DNA of 64,000 nucleotides from Octopus vulgaris. Its lineage: Eukaryota. The notes beneath the pieces are model-generated. The model made no database searches. It had not been told where the DNA came from and saw only the letters and a program-made list of their open reading frames with translations. This document shows positions 25,438 through 40,334 of the stretch, piece by piece. The stretch's first letter is position 1. Each line of letters begins with the position of its first letter. Where the stretch lies: the NCBI GenBank assembly GCA_951406725.2, contig OX597817.1, positions 52,948,001-53,012,000 on the forward strand, written 5' to 3'. The position numbers and the translations under genes are program-made.

Positions 25438-28310
25438 TTATAACATCTCGTTGTAAACAATGTTCTTTGCTTTTCCTTGTGGAGCATATACAAAAAGGTT
25501 TCTTTTGGTTCCTACTCTTGAGCAGCCAACATACAGTTGCCCATGCGAGAAGCAGGGCTCTTCCAAGAGAAGACCAGCTACAGAGAGGGTTTGACCCCGA
25601 GATTTGTTAATGGACATGGCAGAGCTGACACGAAGGGGGAATTGCAGTCTTCTGAATGTACATGGAATTTCTGTTCCTTTTCCACATCCAGAAAGAATGA
25701 TCGCCTCGATAACGTGTGACATAATTTTCTTTATCACCAGTCGTGTTCCATTGCAAAGTCTTGGTGGTTCCAGATTGCGGAGTAGCATTACAGGAGTTCC
25801 AACTTTAAGTGCTAATATGTGTGGAGGTAGTCCAGGAGGCTCCATGAATTGAGAAATTCAGAAGGATAATTCACAACTTCATTTATATCTGGAATTGTAT
25901 CAACAGACTTGAAAGTGTGTATAGTGCCGGGAAGAGAATGCATTAGCTGTTGATTAATTTTGTTAACAGCGACATTTTTTTGAGCTAATATTGCTCTTTC
26001 ACACAGCCAATTGTGATTTTGGTAGTTTTGTGTGAAGTTGGGAATGACTTCGTTTTTGAGGTCATCTACAGAATTAACAACAGAGGAAAATGACCACACT
26101 TCCATTTGTCCTGCAGCATCGAGAGGCATCGCCTTCACCAAGTGTCAAAATGTTCTGTGCAAACTTTGTGGACATTTTGTCACCGTGTAGCTGAGCTCTC
26201 ATGTTAGTGGTGAGATTGAGGATTGTAACATGATGCCACAGGGTAGAGGACTTTAGGCATGCTTGGACTTCATCTGCTCTAGTGCCTTTTGGAATGACAG
26301 GAAGAGTTTGCCTGAAATCACCTGACAACAGAAGCGTTACACCTCCCATTGGAGCCTGACAGTCTCGGATATCTTTCGGGGCTCTATCTAATGCTTCCAA
26401 AGCTCCCTTGTGAGCCATCGTGCACTCATCCCATACAATTAGATAACACATTTTAAGTACTTGCCCCTGATCTGAGCTTTTGTTGATGTTGCATGAAGGC
26501 ATTTCGGATGCTGCTAAACTGAGAGGGAGTCTAAAAGTTGAGTGTGCTGTCCTGCCACCGGGTAACAATGTAGCTGCAATACCAGAGGAGGCTACAGCTA
26601 CTGCAATGTCCTGATGCTGCCTAACTTCTGCAAGGAGAAGCTTTGTAATAAATGTTTTTCCTGTCTCTCCAGGAGCATCGAGGAAGAAGATTCGTCCCTC
26701 GCGTTGGCATACACTGTTAAGAATAGTTCTGTAGGCCTGCAGCTGGTCCGGAAGTAATTTAGGCTAATTTTCAACAATGTACTTTGAAAGCGCTTGAGTG
26801 TCGTAGGTTTTTTCACGAATGACAGCAGTGGGAAGGCTATTTGACTCTGACCTGAATGCTTGTGGCAAGCCAAACGTCGACAATTCATTTCCACCCAGTT
26901 TAGCAATTCTGTCTTCAATGTCAATGAGTGTTTTGTTATAGATTTCATTGCTGATACTCTCCATGTCAGGATAGAGCAGTTGAGCTTGGCGCTGAAAGTC
27001 TTCAGCCAGGTTGTCTCTATATTTGAGCCATAGAGTGGCCGGATCACACTGTTCGCATGCCTGTAGTAATACTGCAAATAGTGCCCTGAGACTTTTAGGT
27101 GATTGTGATAAAGCAGCCTCTCCTAAAGTTGCATCCCATTGTGCACCATCTTCTAACAGACCTTGTCGATAGCAGGCTTCTCTGTATGTTGTGCAGACAT
27201 GTACATGAACGGTTTTTAGGGCCTGGAAAGACGTTGGCCCTCTGACCTCATGCAGTAGTAGACGAAGGTAGAAGGACTGTTGTTGAGTGGGATGCACTAT
27301 GTATATTCGCCCAAGGCAAGTGTGAAACTTAATGCCAGGGTATCCATGAACATTTTGACCTGCTTTCCGTGGGGCTCATTTGTTTCCATTCCAAGTGTAG
27401 TACGATGAAATCTATGGATACAGCAAGGTTTGAGCGAATGGATCCACTTGACAAAGCTTGAGGAATGCAGTGAGTGTGCTATCCCTTGGTTCCTCTGCCA
27501 ACAGAGAAGCATTAGCATCGGTGAAGTACACTCTTTGACCATTTTCCAGGTGTACTGCAAGCTGTTGAATGGCGGGGTGTCGTTGGTGAATTGGAAAGCC
27601 AAAGATGCGCCAGAAAGCCTCGTTGCTACTTATGTACCGTCCCACCTGATAATGCGTCATCTCATCCTGGCAGTATTCTTGTTGTAATCCAAACATTGCA
27701 GCATCAGAACCCTTGTTTACATATTTGCAAACGTACTTGATGGATTTAACGGAGTTGCAAAACTCAACGTTGTTGTGGGCATTGAAAGTCTTTGACAGGA
27801 GTGGGCAGTATGGAACAATCCATCTATTATCAATATCGTGCTGTCCGATAGTTACTGTGAAACCTCCGTCTTCTGGTTTTCTGCGTCTGTATGATGGATA
27901 CCCATCAGCACCTGTCTGAGTTTCTTGTAGGAACCTCCTTGGAAATCTTTTTGAACATATGCTGTCCTTCAAGCATGGTGAGTTTATGTTGAATCTACAC
28001 CCACATGGACCATGTACCATGTTTGCTTTAACTATTTCGTATAGTTCTTTGTCTAAAGCTGGACCAGGAAGTTCTGCAGAGATTATGTTGCCGATGTCAT
28101 TGGAATTGATCTTCGCCGAGAGCCAAAGCAGGATATGAGCATGTGGAAGGCCCCTTTTTTGCCACTCGATTGTGTACACGTCACATTGTATGGGCCCAAA
28201 GACTTGCCCTTTTTGTATGAGCTCCATGAGAGAGATTAAGTTGAGATGGAAAACTCGGGCGTTGAGATTCCGGTTCGAATGTAAGGCAGGTTTGAAAGTG
28301 TTCCCAACAG
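25438..28310 (-). pseudogene. Helitron RepHel (HUH Rep plus Pif1-like SF1 helicase), frameshifted and 5'-truncated
   Basis: Rep motif 2 EWQKRGLPHAHILLW and motif 3 KYVCKYVNKG. Helicase motifs DAPGETGKT, GGRTAHSTF, IVWDECTM, GDFRQTLPV, LCNGTRL, QFPLR, INKSRGQT and HGQLYVGCSRV. These are split over at least six ORF-track frames. Confidence 0.95.
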
Positions 28311-29645
28311 TTATTAGTTGTAGTGGTAGAGTGTTTATGCCGAATATGTACGTATGCATGTATATATATATGTATGTATGCCTGTATATATGTACAAAAT
28401 CCACCGAGAAGGCTTTTGTTGGTCTGAGGCTAGAGCAGAACACACATGCCAAGTCATCACACAGTGGGACTGAACCCAGGACTATGTGTTTGGAACGTAG
28501 TTTGTTACTACACAGCCACACCTGCCCCTATGTGTGTGTGTGTGTGCGTATATATTATGCATGTATATATGTGTATATATATGTGTACATATTACATGTA
28601 CATCTATATATATACATCTACACATAAAATACAAAATACAAAGTTATATCTTGATATCGCTAGTGATAACAATACTCAATATATATAACAGACTGGAATT
28701 GTAGGCCCGTCTCTTGCAATTTCGATCAATTGGATCTTGTCCTCCCTCTTGTAAAGAAGTGTACGGCTGCAGCGAAATGCATTTTTGGACTTTCTTCTAT
28801 CGAAGGCATTTTAACAAAAATGCTTCCGTAAAGACGGTGAAAATATTGTCAATTTCCTCAAACAGGGACACAATTCAATTTTTAAACAATAACCAAAGAC
28901 CCTTCTCCGAAAGGGGGAAGGTTACGGTTTACAATTATTTAACAAATGCAACACAACAACGTTTCCCTGACGAGGAACCAACAAACGTGATTACAATAGT
29001 CAAATAGTAATAATAATAACAACAAACCTTTTTAATTTATCCCCATTTATGTGAAATCACTTATTCAAGTTAAAATCATTGATGCAATTTTATACGAATT
29101 ACTAATACACACACATAATAAGGGTGAATAATTGAATATTAATTGAATATTAATATCAATTGAAAACCAGTGGTGTAGCATATAAGACCATAGCGGATCT
29201 TCTTCTAGCAAAATGGATGACCATTGTTAATGGTTCATCCCTGTTATAATAGTGAAAGTGTCTGCATTACAAAAGAGAGATGTTTTTGTTTCACTTTTAA
29301 CACGTAATACTGAAATAATGGAGAAGATATAGTAATGCTGTGGGGTCGCCCTAGTGAAAAAGGTAAGATTTTTTTTGCCGATGACACTCGCCGGACCTTA
29401 AGTAAGGCATGTGTAAAATTTGAATGAAGTTGGCTGTGTAGTTCTCAAGTTTTAGGGAAACACACAGACAGACAGGCACACATTCTCAGTTTTATATATA
29501 GAGAGATATACGACGGGCTTCTTTCAATTTCCGTGTACCAAATCCACTCAGAAGGCTTTGATCAGGCCGAGGATATAGTAGAATACGCTTGTCCAAGGTG
29601 CCACGCAATGGACACTAACAACAACAACAACAATAACAACAACAA

Positions 29646-29677
<32 letters not shown>

Positions 29678-30269
29678 ACGACGACGACGACAACGACAAC
29701 AACAGCAAGAATGCCGACCAAGTTTTATTCCCAAAGATGATACAACGGTACAAAATGACGATACAATGCTTTACAATATAATAGTTTCAAACAAATACGG
29801 AAAAAAAAAAATAACAAGAAATATGAAATGACACATTTTACCCCATTTACTCATTTTGCTCACCCCTACTCTGCATTCCACCACAAGATGTCCTTCCAGG
29901 GTGGCATCCGCTCAATTACTGACTCCCACTTAATCCAAACACCTTGTTTCCACATTGCTCCTGTTCACCTTGACTGCTCTTCCTTGGCTGATGCTCACAT
30001 AACCTGCACTAGTTTCTTCCTCTCTTTCCTATTTCTTTACTACCCACAAGGGGCTAAACACAGAGGGGACAAACAAGGACAGACAAACGGATCAAGTCGA
30101 TTACATCGACCCCAGTGCGTAACTGGTACTTAATTTATCGACCCCGAAAGGATGAAAGGCAAAGTCGACCTCGACGGAATTTGAACTCAGAACGTAACGG
30201 CAGACGAAATACGGCTACGCATTTCGCCCGGCGTGCTAACGGTTCTGCCAGCTCGCCGCCTGAGGATTT

Positions 30270-30480
30270 CTAATATAACCCTTTGGTACATTTCCATAAT
30301 TAGACAACCTTTCCTCCATTCCGAATTCTCTCCAGGGCCTTTCAGACCCGACGGAGCAGCTTTGGATGCTTCTTCAGATCTTGTATGTGACGCCGCTTGG
30401 ACCATTTGCCAAATTAGATCTTGCTCTTTTCCTACTTATTTCACTTCTCGCAGACAAATTTCCTTCAAGTGAAATTCCAC
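30270..30480 (-). mobile_element. R2/NeSL/Hero-like LINE RT N-terminal remnant
   Basis: Minus translation with breaks: LREVK..KRARSNLANGPSGVTYKI / KHPKLLRRV*KALERI. This resembles the ARS.SAPGP.G..Y......P.LL..LW motif. Confidence 0.5.
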
Positions 30481-31163
30481 TTGATGATGTTATAGGGGCC
30501 ATGCATGAGCCCAGTGGACGGTCTCGGTCTCTCTCTCTCTCTCTCTCCCCCCTCTCTCTCTCTCACTGTCGTTGTAAACACTCATGTGCACACACACGCA
30601 CGCGCGCATACGCGCACACACATATCTCATATTACTTCGATTGGAATGGTGTTAATGTTTTTAATTAAGCATTTACGTAGGTGTTAGCACGAAAGTATTA
30701 ATTTTCTGCCTAGTTATGTCTGACATGTAATCAAAATACATTCTATTAATCTAATTTAATTTAATTTAATTTTTCTTTGCATTTATATAATTTTTCAATT
30801 TTCTCGTCAAAAAGTATCTTACGTCTAATTAATTTAAAAGAGTGAAAGGTGAGAAGGAATACTTTTCGTTAATAGATTAAGTTCTTAAACAGAAACAATG
30901 TAAATATCACGATAGCAAATCCTCGTTGAAAATATATTTGTATTAAATTTCCGTCTTTTGCTTATATTAAAGTTTGTGTTTTCTATAAAACGAGAAATTA
31001 GAGTGGTCTCCCTTCATTTATAAATATATCCAACGGACGCTGGCAGACCCGTTAGACAGAGTCAGCAGAAACAAATTCTGCAGTTATATCCACTTAGTTG
31101 GTATCGGAAGGAAGAAGAGCCCAGACTCAAGATTTCCTGACGATATTGCTGGACTGAGGGCAA

Positions 31164-31550
31164 TCTCTCTCTATATAAAGCTGAAGTTGTCTGTGTATGG
31201 CAGGTTTGGTAGCCTTCAACTAACACTATCTCCCCCGAGACCCTGCAGCGCAAGTTGACCAAACTCGAGAGTATGATAGAAGAAGGCTTGCTCTTCCTGC
31301 AGTAGAAGAAAAAAATTCAAATTGGGCCATGTTAACACCAAAAATTATTTACATAAAAAAGGTGCTTTTTTTCTATGAAAATCCCTATTTTTTTCGAGTT
31401 TTTGACTGCTCTATCGCCATTTTTCGGTGTATTTCAACCAGAAAAATGTTCACTTAAAGAGAATAACAAGCTACATAGTGCAAAACTTTTAAAAAATTCC
31501 AATTCTAAAGGGTCGAAACAAACCCGAGAAACGCCGGGCGATACTGCTAG
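31164..31550 (+). mobile_element. Non-autonomous Helitron, family 1
   Basis: A^TCTCTCTCTATATAAAG start. End is hairpin CCCG-AGAAACGC-CGGG then CGATACTGCTAG^T. A second copy is at 41067-41420. Confidence 0.85.
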
Positions 31551-34344
31551 TGAAGGATAAATTTGTCAACTTTTCCAGACATTTTCCTTGAGCCACCATC
31601 AAGTTTGGGACAAAAATCAACACAGAAAAAAAAAGACAACAACAACAACCTTATAAGAAATACCGGTGCTTTTTGGTTATCTGGTCCCACATTAAAAAAT
31701 ACCATTAAAAAACTGGGTTATCTCCCCACTAAAATATTGAGTTTATGTGGCGACAAGAGATTGGATTATAAGGTTGAGATCCTTTTGATTGAATCATTGT
31801 CCAATAAGATGTTTAATGTTTTCTAGTTGGTGCCAGTTATGATGCTTCTCTAGTGCCCGTTAATTTCACGAGCAAGATGTTCCGTTGATCGTATCAGCTG
31901 GGACCCTCGTCGTCGTAACCGACGGAGTACTCCTATCTGTGAAAACATGCAACAGGTCAGACTGTTCCATGGCCGGGTCGTCGGCAGATAAGCCAGTAAA
32001 ACCCTCAAGTTTGTTATTTGGGAAGATTTCATGGAACTAGCAGCACTAAAAATAATAGCTGTCATCATTCTTCACGGTCGGCGTCAAAGAAACCTCAAAC
32101 TGGGATCATTATTATGAGAGTACGAGGTCTCTCTCTCTCTCTCTCTCTCTCTAATCTTTGAGTAACAGTACTCTCTGTGATAGCGTCATTAATGAAAATA
32201 CTAGATAATGAAAACATTTAAGCTAAGCACTCGAAGCTTCATTTCACGTTGCTCCAGTTCACTCAGCTGGCAAAAATGAGTAACCCTGCGACGGACTGGC
32301 GTCCCATCCAGGCGGGGAATTTCTACGCCACTGAAACCGGGAAACCGGCTCTTATGAGCCAGGCATGGCACGAGAAGGAACATTTATTTTTTTTATGTCA
32401 TGTCTTACAGCCTTTACAGTGTTTACAAAGCATTGAATAGCAGCCATATCAGCATTTCGATACCCGACGCTCATCTTCATGATGCAGGTAACTCTTTCCC
32501 ATAATTCAGATGGCTTACAATCTTCCATGTCAGCAAACCTTCTCTAAACTACATCTTTAATCTTTATGCTCTCCAACGCCGTTGACTTTTCACCAATACA
32601 TAAAGCTGTTCCTGCAAAAAAAGAGACATAAAAATCGTCAAATTTAGCCCGAACACTCTATGCTCTGACATCTATGCTCTTCCTGCATATCAATAACTTA
32701 CTTATCAATAATTAGAGATCCTTCATTAACATTTTTATTATTGATGCTGTACTTCACAGTTTCACCTTAACAACATCAACCACAGGATCAAACAGCAAAA
32801 TTTCCCAGGTACTTAACTGGGATTGTGTAACTGTGAAGCAAATGGTTTGTCACATTTAGTGCTTCCAAGACTAATTTAGTGTCGCTCCGTCACCAGAATC
32901 AAATTCCTGACTGGATTTTCAAGGTGAGCTCTGATTGGCTGTATGCAAATGAGTTCATTACTGGGGTCCGGAACTCTCGTGAGAAAAAAAAAATTTCGCT
33001 GCCGGGACAGCAGCTAGAATTGTGACAGGATGCAGTTAAGTTAATAGTGAACTCTTTTCGGCACTACAACTACTCTGTCATTGACGAAATGTTGTAAGCT
33101 TTGTCCGTTTATTCCGAATATATAACCGTATTTTATCGCCATATTTGATTGGTCTTCTTAAGCACACACACACACATACACACACACAATTACATAAATA
33201 TAAATGTGAGTGTGTGTGTGTGTGCATTTATAAGCAGTTGTAGTGTTACGAAATTCCACGCTTACAGAAATTGTTAAATATAGTTACTAATTTCGGTATA
33301 CAGTATGTAATTCCACCGTTACGGAAAATTGGCCAAGTTTTAACGATTTAAAAGTAAACCTACAAAAATATACATTTTTATGTATAAAGAATACCTGGTC
33401 TAGAAATATTTTATATGCTTTAATATGTCTGTCCGTTCTTGTCAATATTTTGCCTCACTACTTTGTACATTTTTGCTACTTATAACCTCTCAGTTGAAAT
33501 ATTTAAATGCTTTTTTAGATTTCTTCTGCTATATTCCATTTTTATTTGTTATTATCATCAACATTCTTGCCAACACGTATCTACTCCCTTTTCCTTCTCA
33601 TTTAAAATTTCTTTTAACATTCCTGTCGACGCCTACCCGCCCTCTTCTTCACCTATCTTGTTTGTGTATGCACAAATTTGACTTCGTTTTCATCTCAACA
33701 CGCTACCCACTCCTTCGCCCTCGTCTGCATCAATTCAGCCCACACGGGATTTGCTGCTAACTTTAATCCTATAATACTTTCTCCTACATAATACAACATC
33801 CATCCTTCAACATCACTCCTCTATTGCTTTCATTTTCCTATTTCTATTCTTCAACCCAAAGTAATAAGTCGTCCTTCACTATTAATCGACGTAGAATGTT
33901 GCTACTTTACTCGGAATATCTTGTGATGCAGATTGGTTATTGGATTCAACAGCTAACACCTCCATGATGACAGGAAAAGATGCTATAAAATTGAAGCAAA
34001 GGAAATGGTGCAAGACGGAATGGCAAACGGATCTGGTTGAATGTTAATCTTGATGTTTTACAAAATTCTGATACAGCAGAAAATCTCAGTCGTATTGAAA
34101 AAACATTCAAGCGGGCCCAAAATCGGGCCCAAATACTCTATCATAATTTTTTATCTTTTTTTTTGTTTACTGTCTGAGCATTGCTTTTCATAGATCTAGC
34201 ACAAAGCGGTCCTGGAGCATTTAGATCGATGCTCAGATGACGTAATAGGTCGAGAAACACGATTATCATTCAAGAATTAGTTGAAGGTTTGTAAAACGAT
34301 GTCCATAAAGAAGATACGACAGGTTCTCTTTTACTCTCTATAAA

Positions 34345-34755
34345 TTGTTTCAGTCATGTGACTGTGGCCATGCTGGAGCACCGTCTTTTAGTCGAGCAAA
34401 TCGACTCCAGGACTTATTCTTTGTAAGCCTAGTACTTATTTTATCGTTCTCGTTTGCCGAAATGCTAGGTTACGGGGACATAAACACACCAGCATCGGTT
34501 GTCAAGCGATGTTGGAGGGACAAACACAGACACACAAACACACACATACACATACACACACACATATATACATACATATATATATATATTTATATATACA
34601 ATAATACACCAGGCTTCTTTCAGTTTCCATCTACCAAGTCCACTCACAAGGCTTTGGTCGGCCCGAGGCTATAGTAGAAGACACTTGCCCAAGGTGCCAC
34701 GCAGTGGGACTGAACCCGGAGCCATGTGGTTGGTAAGCAAGCTACTTACCACACA
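34345..34755 (-). mobile_element. SINE family A copy
   Basis: Reverse complement of the 19777-20202 family. Confidence 0.85.
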
Positions 34756-35194
34756 ACAAATCTACTTTGAAAGTTTTAGGAATCTTGATTTGCATTACAT
34801 TAAAATGTCCGGCAAAGGTATCAATGGTGATACAGGGACTTCCTAAAGAATTCTTTCGGAAATTTCTTACTGTTTTCGAAACTTTATTCTGCTAGCGAAC
34901 TAGAAATGATTCAGTTTTGGAATCTCGAGTTTCACATAACTTTAAAATAGTAGCAGTCTTTGGTTTTTTAATCCCAAATGATTCCCAATCCGATATTTAC
35001 GTGCTGTTTTATATATAGCTTTATGTGAGCCTCGGGATTCCAAAACAACAACAAAAAAACCGAATTATTTCCATTATTTTGTCCAATCCCTGTACATACA
35101 TATATATATATGTGTGTGTGTGTGTGTGTATGTGTGATTTGTATGTGTGTGTGTATACACACATATATACACATACACACATATAGTATGAATT

Positions 35195-35228
<34 letters not shown>

Positions 35229-36358
35229 GATGCATTCATAGAAAAAGATAGACGCATAAGCACTGTCGCGGATACAATTTTAATAAAAAAACGCCCTTAC
35301 AGCTAAGAACCAATGAACCTAAAGATTAGCAACTGCAAAGTTTATATGAGTGCAGCGACCTATAGTTGGGATAAATAGTTCCAGATTATCGTAACCAATA
35401 AAGTACTTTGTGCATATAAGGATGTGATGACAACAAGCTGTGCGTTGTCACCAAGAAACGGGTGTGACATGATTTATATATCAGAGTTTTGATTTTAATT
35501 ATTTCTACTCTTTTGCTGTTGCCCTCAATGAGCGATTTCAGGTTAGGTTTCTTCTTTCAATTTGCATATGATATCCAATGTTTACATATTTAATGCTAGA
35601 CTTAGTAAAACATTTCATTGCGATAGGGGTATTATGGAGGAATTAGCTGAGATTTCGATACGAGGAGTAACAAAAAATCCAAATATAAAAGAAATTATTT
35701 GCAGAAGGAAGTCTTTGTTAGTCACTGACGAATATCGTCATGATTTTCTTTTTTCGGCAACGCTGGACGCTCCTCTATCTTATCAGACAGAAATTTCTGT
35801 CACAATCTTTCTTTCTGACAGTGAGCGCCATATTAAACAGAAAGCGTAAGTCTGTCATTACGTTAAACAGGAAATGTCAAGCACTCACGTTACGCTGTCT
35901 TGGAGTCTGGTGTTTTTCTGAAGTTTGCACTTTTCCGTCTATGAAGTACATATTTTATAATTTTCGTTTAATAATTATTTTTTAATTTTCGTGTTATATG
36001 CTTTTTGAATTTTTCATTTTCATTTCGTCTGATTTTTTTTCTTTTCTGAGTGAGCATTTCTGAGGAACGTTAACATTCTTTTGCTCTCGTCGCTGTCAGA
36101 TGACATAAAACTGCATTTTTGGTGTCGTAATATAAGGATAGGCCATGAGACACATCCTTCCTGTTTGTGTAGTGTTTTGCTTCTTTCGTTGCCCACTCTG
36201 TTCACTGTCAACGAAACTTTCCATAAATACTTTGGTATTTCTGCTTTTAATTCTAGTAATTTTGTAGCTTTTATGCGGAATTTGTAAAGGAATTGACAGT
36301 TTACTACTTTATATCTTAGTATTTCAGGGTAAGTTTAGTTTGGGAGAATGTTTTTATA

Positions 36359-36389
<31 letters not shown>

Positions 36390-36392
36390 TAC

Positions 36393-36435
36393 GCTACATT
36401 GACAAGGGTCAAATACCCTGAAACGCGTCTGTAGC
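36393..36435 (+). ncRNA. Degenerate minimal hammerhead
   Basis: Perfect stem I gctaca/tgtagc, mutated core ttgacaa, stem II gggt/accc, then GAAACGCGTC. Confidence 0.55.
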
Positions 36436-36611
36436 TGTCTGACTAGCAGTGTGAAGCGGCTGACCTCCCTTGTTCGAAGGTTATAATGGACACAGTTTGT
36501 GTGTCAAATAGCTATCTTAAGGCGATGGCCTCATGGAGCTAATCAGCGACAGCTTTTAGTCTTATATCTATAAGACTGCCATATTAATATGGCGATAACA
36601 ATTATATATAT

Positions 36612-36985
36612 ATATATATATAATATAAAATCCGTTCTGTGTGTGTGTGTGTGTCTTCTAGGATCTCGGGCATCCTCCATCGATTGCGCTCAAATTTGAT
36701 ATGTAGATACCGACGGTATCAGAGCGTGTATAAGTCTTGAAAAAAATGACAAAAATCGATTCCAGGTGAGAATGCGATCGATAAAGTGAATAAAATCGTT
36801 TTTCTTTGGAATAGAAAAAAAAAGTCTATCTTTATTTCTTCTTTTGCTGGTGTCTCAAATTTAGGTTAAATCAGTGTTTCTCAAAGGGTAGGCCTATGGG
36901 ACGGTCGGACAAGTTGTTTTGAGAAAATTTGGTTTAAATGTTTGACAACTCAGCACCGTCCATTGGACGAGAGGCATTTTGCTCG
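36612..36985 (+). mobile_element. Non-autonomous Helitron-like element, family 2 (second copy)
   Basis: Shares about 150 bp of 5' sequence and the CGTCCATTGGACG hairpin with 20460-20981. Ends CTCG^T. Confidence 0.6.
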
Positions 36986-37108
36986 TATACATACATACAT
37001 ACATACATACATACATACATACATGCATGCATGCATGCATGCATGCATACATACATACATACATACATACATACATACATACATACATACATACATACAT
37101 ACATGCAT

Positions 37109-37164
<56 letters not shown>

Positions 37165-37261
37165 TCTGCTGTGTCTGGGGAGAGTCATTCTCTTTTAGTA
37201 CCTTATAATTCTACAGGCAGAATAGTTAATGGGCTATTATGTAGATGTATGTTTGTTTGTT

Positions 37262-37320
<59 letters not shown>

Positions 37321-38271
37321 ATGCACATGTATGTAGACAAATGGATGTGAAAGTAAACAGATAGACATACAGACGGATAGGTATATAGGTTATATGAAAA
37401 GACAAGCATACATACGCAAATGAAGACTGAAACACATGACCATATACACACACACTTCATTTCACACAAGGACATATATGGAGACACACGTCCACACATA
37501 TGGAGATGCACATCCATACATACAAACAGTGCATAGTCACAAAAATCCATATACACACAGACACACACACTCAGACATGCACACGCAAGGAGACAGAGGT
37601 ACACAAATACACACATAAAAACACACACACACATACAAGCACACAAGCACGAACACACAAACACACAAACACATGAATATGCAGAATACATACATACACA
37701 TGTACACACATACATACATATATACATGCTCACACACACACATAGATACATGCATACACACACTTACATGCATGCATGCATACATACATGCATACATACA
37801 TGCATACATACATGTGTATGTGCACACACTGACCCACACACATGCACACAAACAAAAAGAATGCAGCTTGAATAACGGACAGAGTCAACCACTATTGAAA
37901 AGATTGCAAGACACAACAAAAATTTTAGAAAAATAAAGAAAGAAATGAGTGGAAATTTTACCGGTGTGTGTGTTAAATTAATAAGGCACTAAAAGGGAAT
38001 GACTCTCCCCAGACGCAACGGAATATGCTTCAACACATGAACTCACATAAAAGAATCATGCAAACCCAATCCTAAAACGATATATATATATATATATAGT
38101 CAATTCGAGGATGTTAGGTCCTCATTAGAGATGAAATATTCCAAAAATTTTCCTGGTTAATTACTATCATATAAAGAGAATGTCTCGGCAATATCTTAGG
38201 ATTTTTATAGTAATACGTATTGTTAATATTGAAAAAAAAAAAAGAAAATGGAGAAATATGGATGTATGAAT

Positions 38272-38462
38272 AATTTATTTGTATGATATAAAGATGTTGA
38301 TATTTTTTATAAAAACCATACAAATAAATTATAAATTGTAAAGCTCTAAAAGAAATTGCAGATGCCAAAAACCTGCCATTTCTTTTAGAGCTTTACAATT
38401 TATAATTTATTTGTATGGTTTTTATAAAAAACATCAACATCTTTATATCATACAAATAAATT
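38272..38462. repeat. Near-perfect AT-rich palindrome (about 90-bp arms, 11-nt loop)
   Basis: aatttatttgtatgatataaagatgttga...aagctctaaaagaaattgcag pairs with ctgccatttcttttagagctt...tcaacatctttatatcatacaaataaatt. Confidence 0.92.
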
Positions 38463-38609
38463 TGTACAGCAGGGATCACCAGCCTGCCGGAGCCTCGTGG
38501 AGCTTTTAGGTGTTTTCGCTCAATAAACACTCACAGCGCCCGGTCTGGGATTCGAGACCGCGAGTCCGCTGCCCTAACCACTAGGCCATTGCGCCTCCAC
38601 TATATATAT

Positions 38610-39972
<1,363 letters not shown>

Positions 39973-40004
39973 TGACAACAAAAGAATCAATGAGACCTCG
40001 AGGA

Positions 40005-40152
<148 letters not shown>

Positions 40153-40257
40153 TCGGAGTTTCAAATACTCGAGCTGAGAGCCTCTAGGCATTTTTCATCA
40201 GTTATTGTCTATAAATGCGCGCGTGTGTGTGTTTGTGTGTTCATGTGTGTGTGTTCA

Positions 40258-40334
<77 letters not shown>

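Larger units (their letters stand above)
21247..29506 (-). mobile_element. Helitron with both termini, defective RepHel, internal satellite and captured DNA
   Basis: On -: 5' A^TCTCTCTATATATAAAACTG at 29506, and 3' hairpin CCCGG-GCAAGG-CCGGG then TTATACTGCTAG^T at 21247. The flanks rejoin into one continuous SINE. Rep and Pif1 helicase fragments lie inside. Confidence 0.88.

Noticed and set aside
28320-28521. N-terminus of the 369-aa ORF as a novel Rep fusion
   Set aside because: It is read-through into a SINE fragment and microsatellite, and the downstream RepHel is frameshifted.
19583-31790. Direct repeats at about 19583-19690 and 31667-31790 as LTRs or TSDs around the Helitron
   Set aside because: Short diverged copies of a dispersed repeat with no TG..CA ends, not adjacent to the element termini.
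32500-32900. CR1/Jockey RT remnant (LFLHINNL)
   Set aside because: Only one weak motif, not enough to call.
33893-34047. Possible 50-codon exon NVATLLGISCDADW...
   Set aside because: No recognisable homology and a poor polypyrimidine tract.
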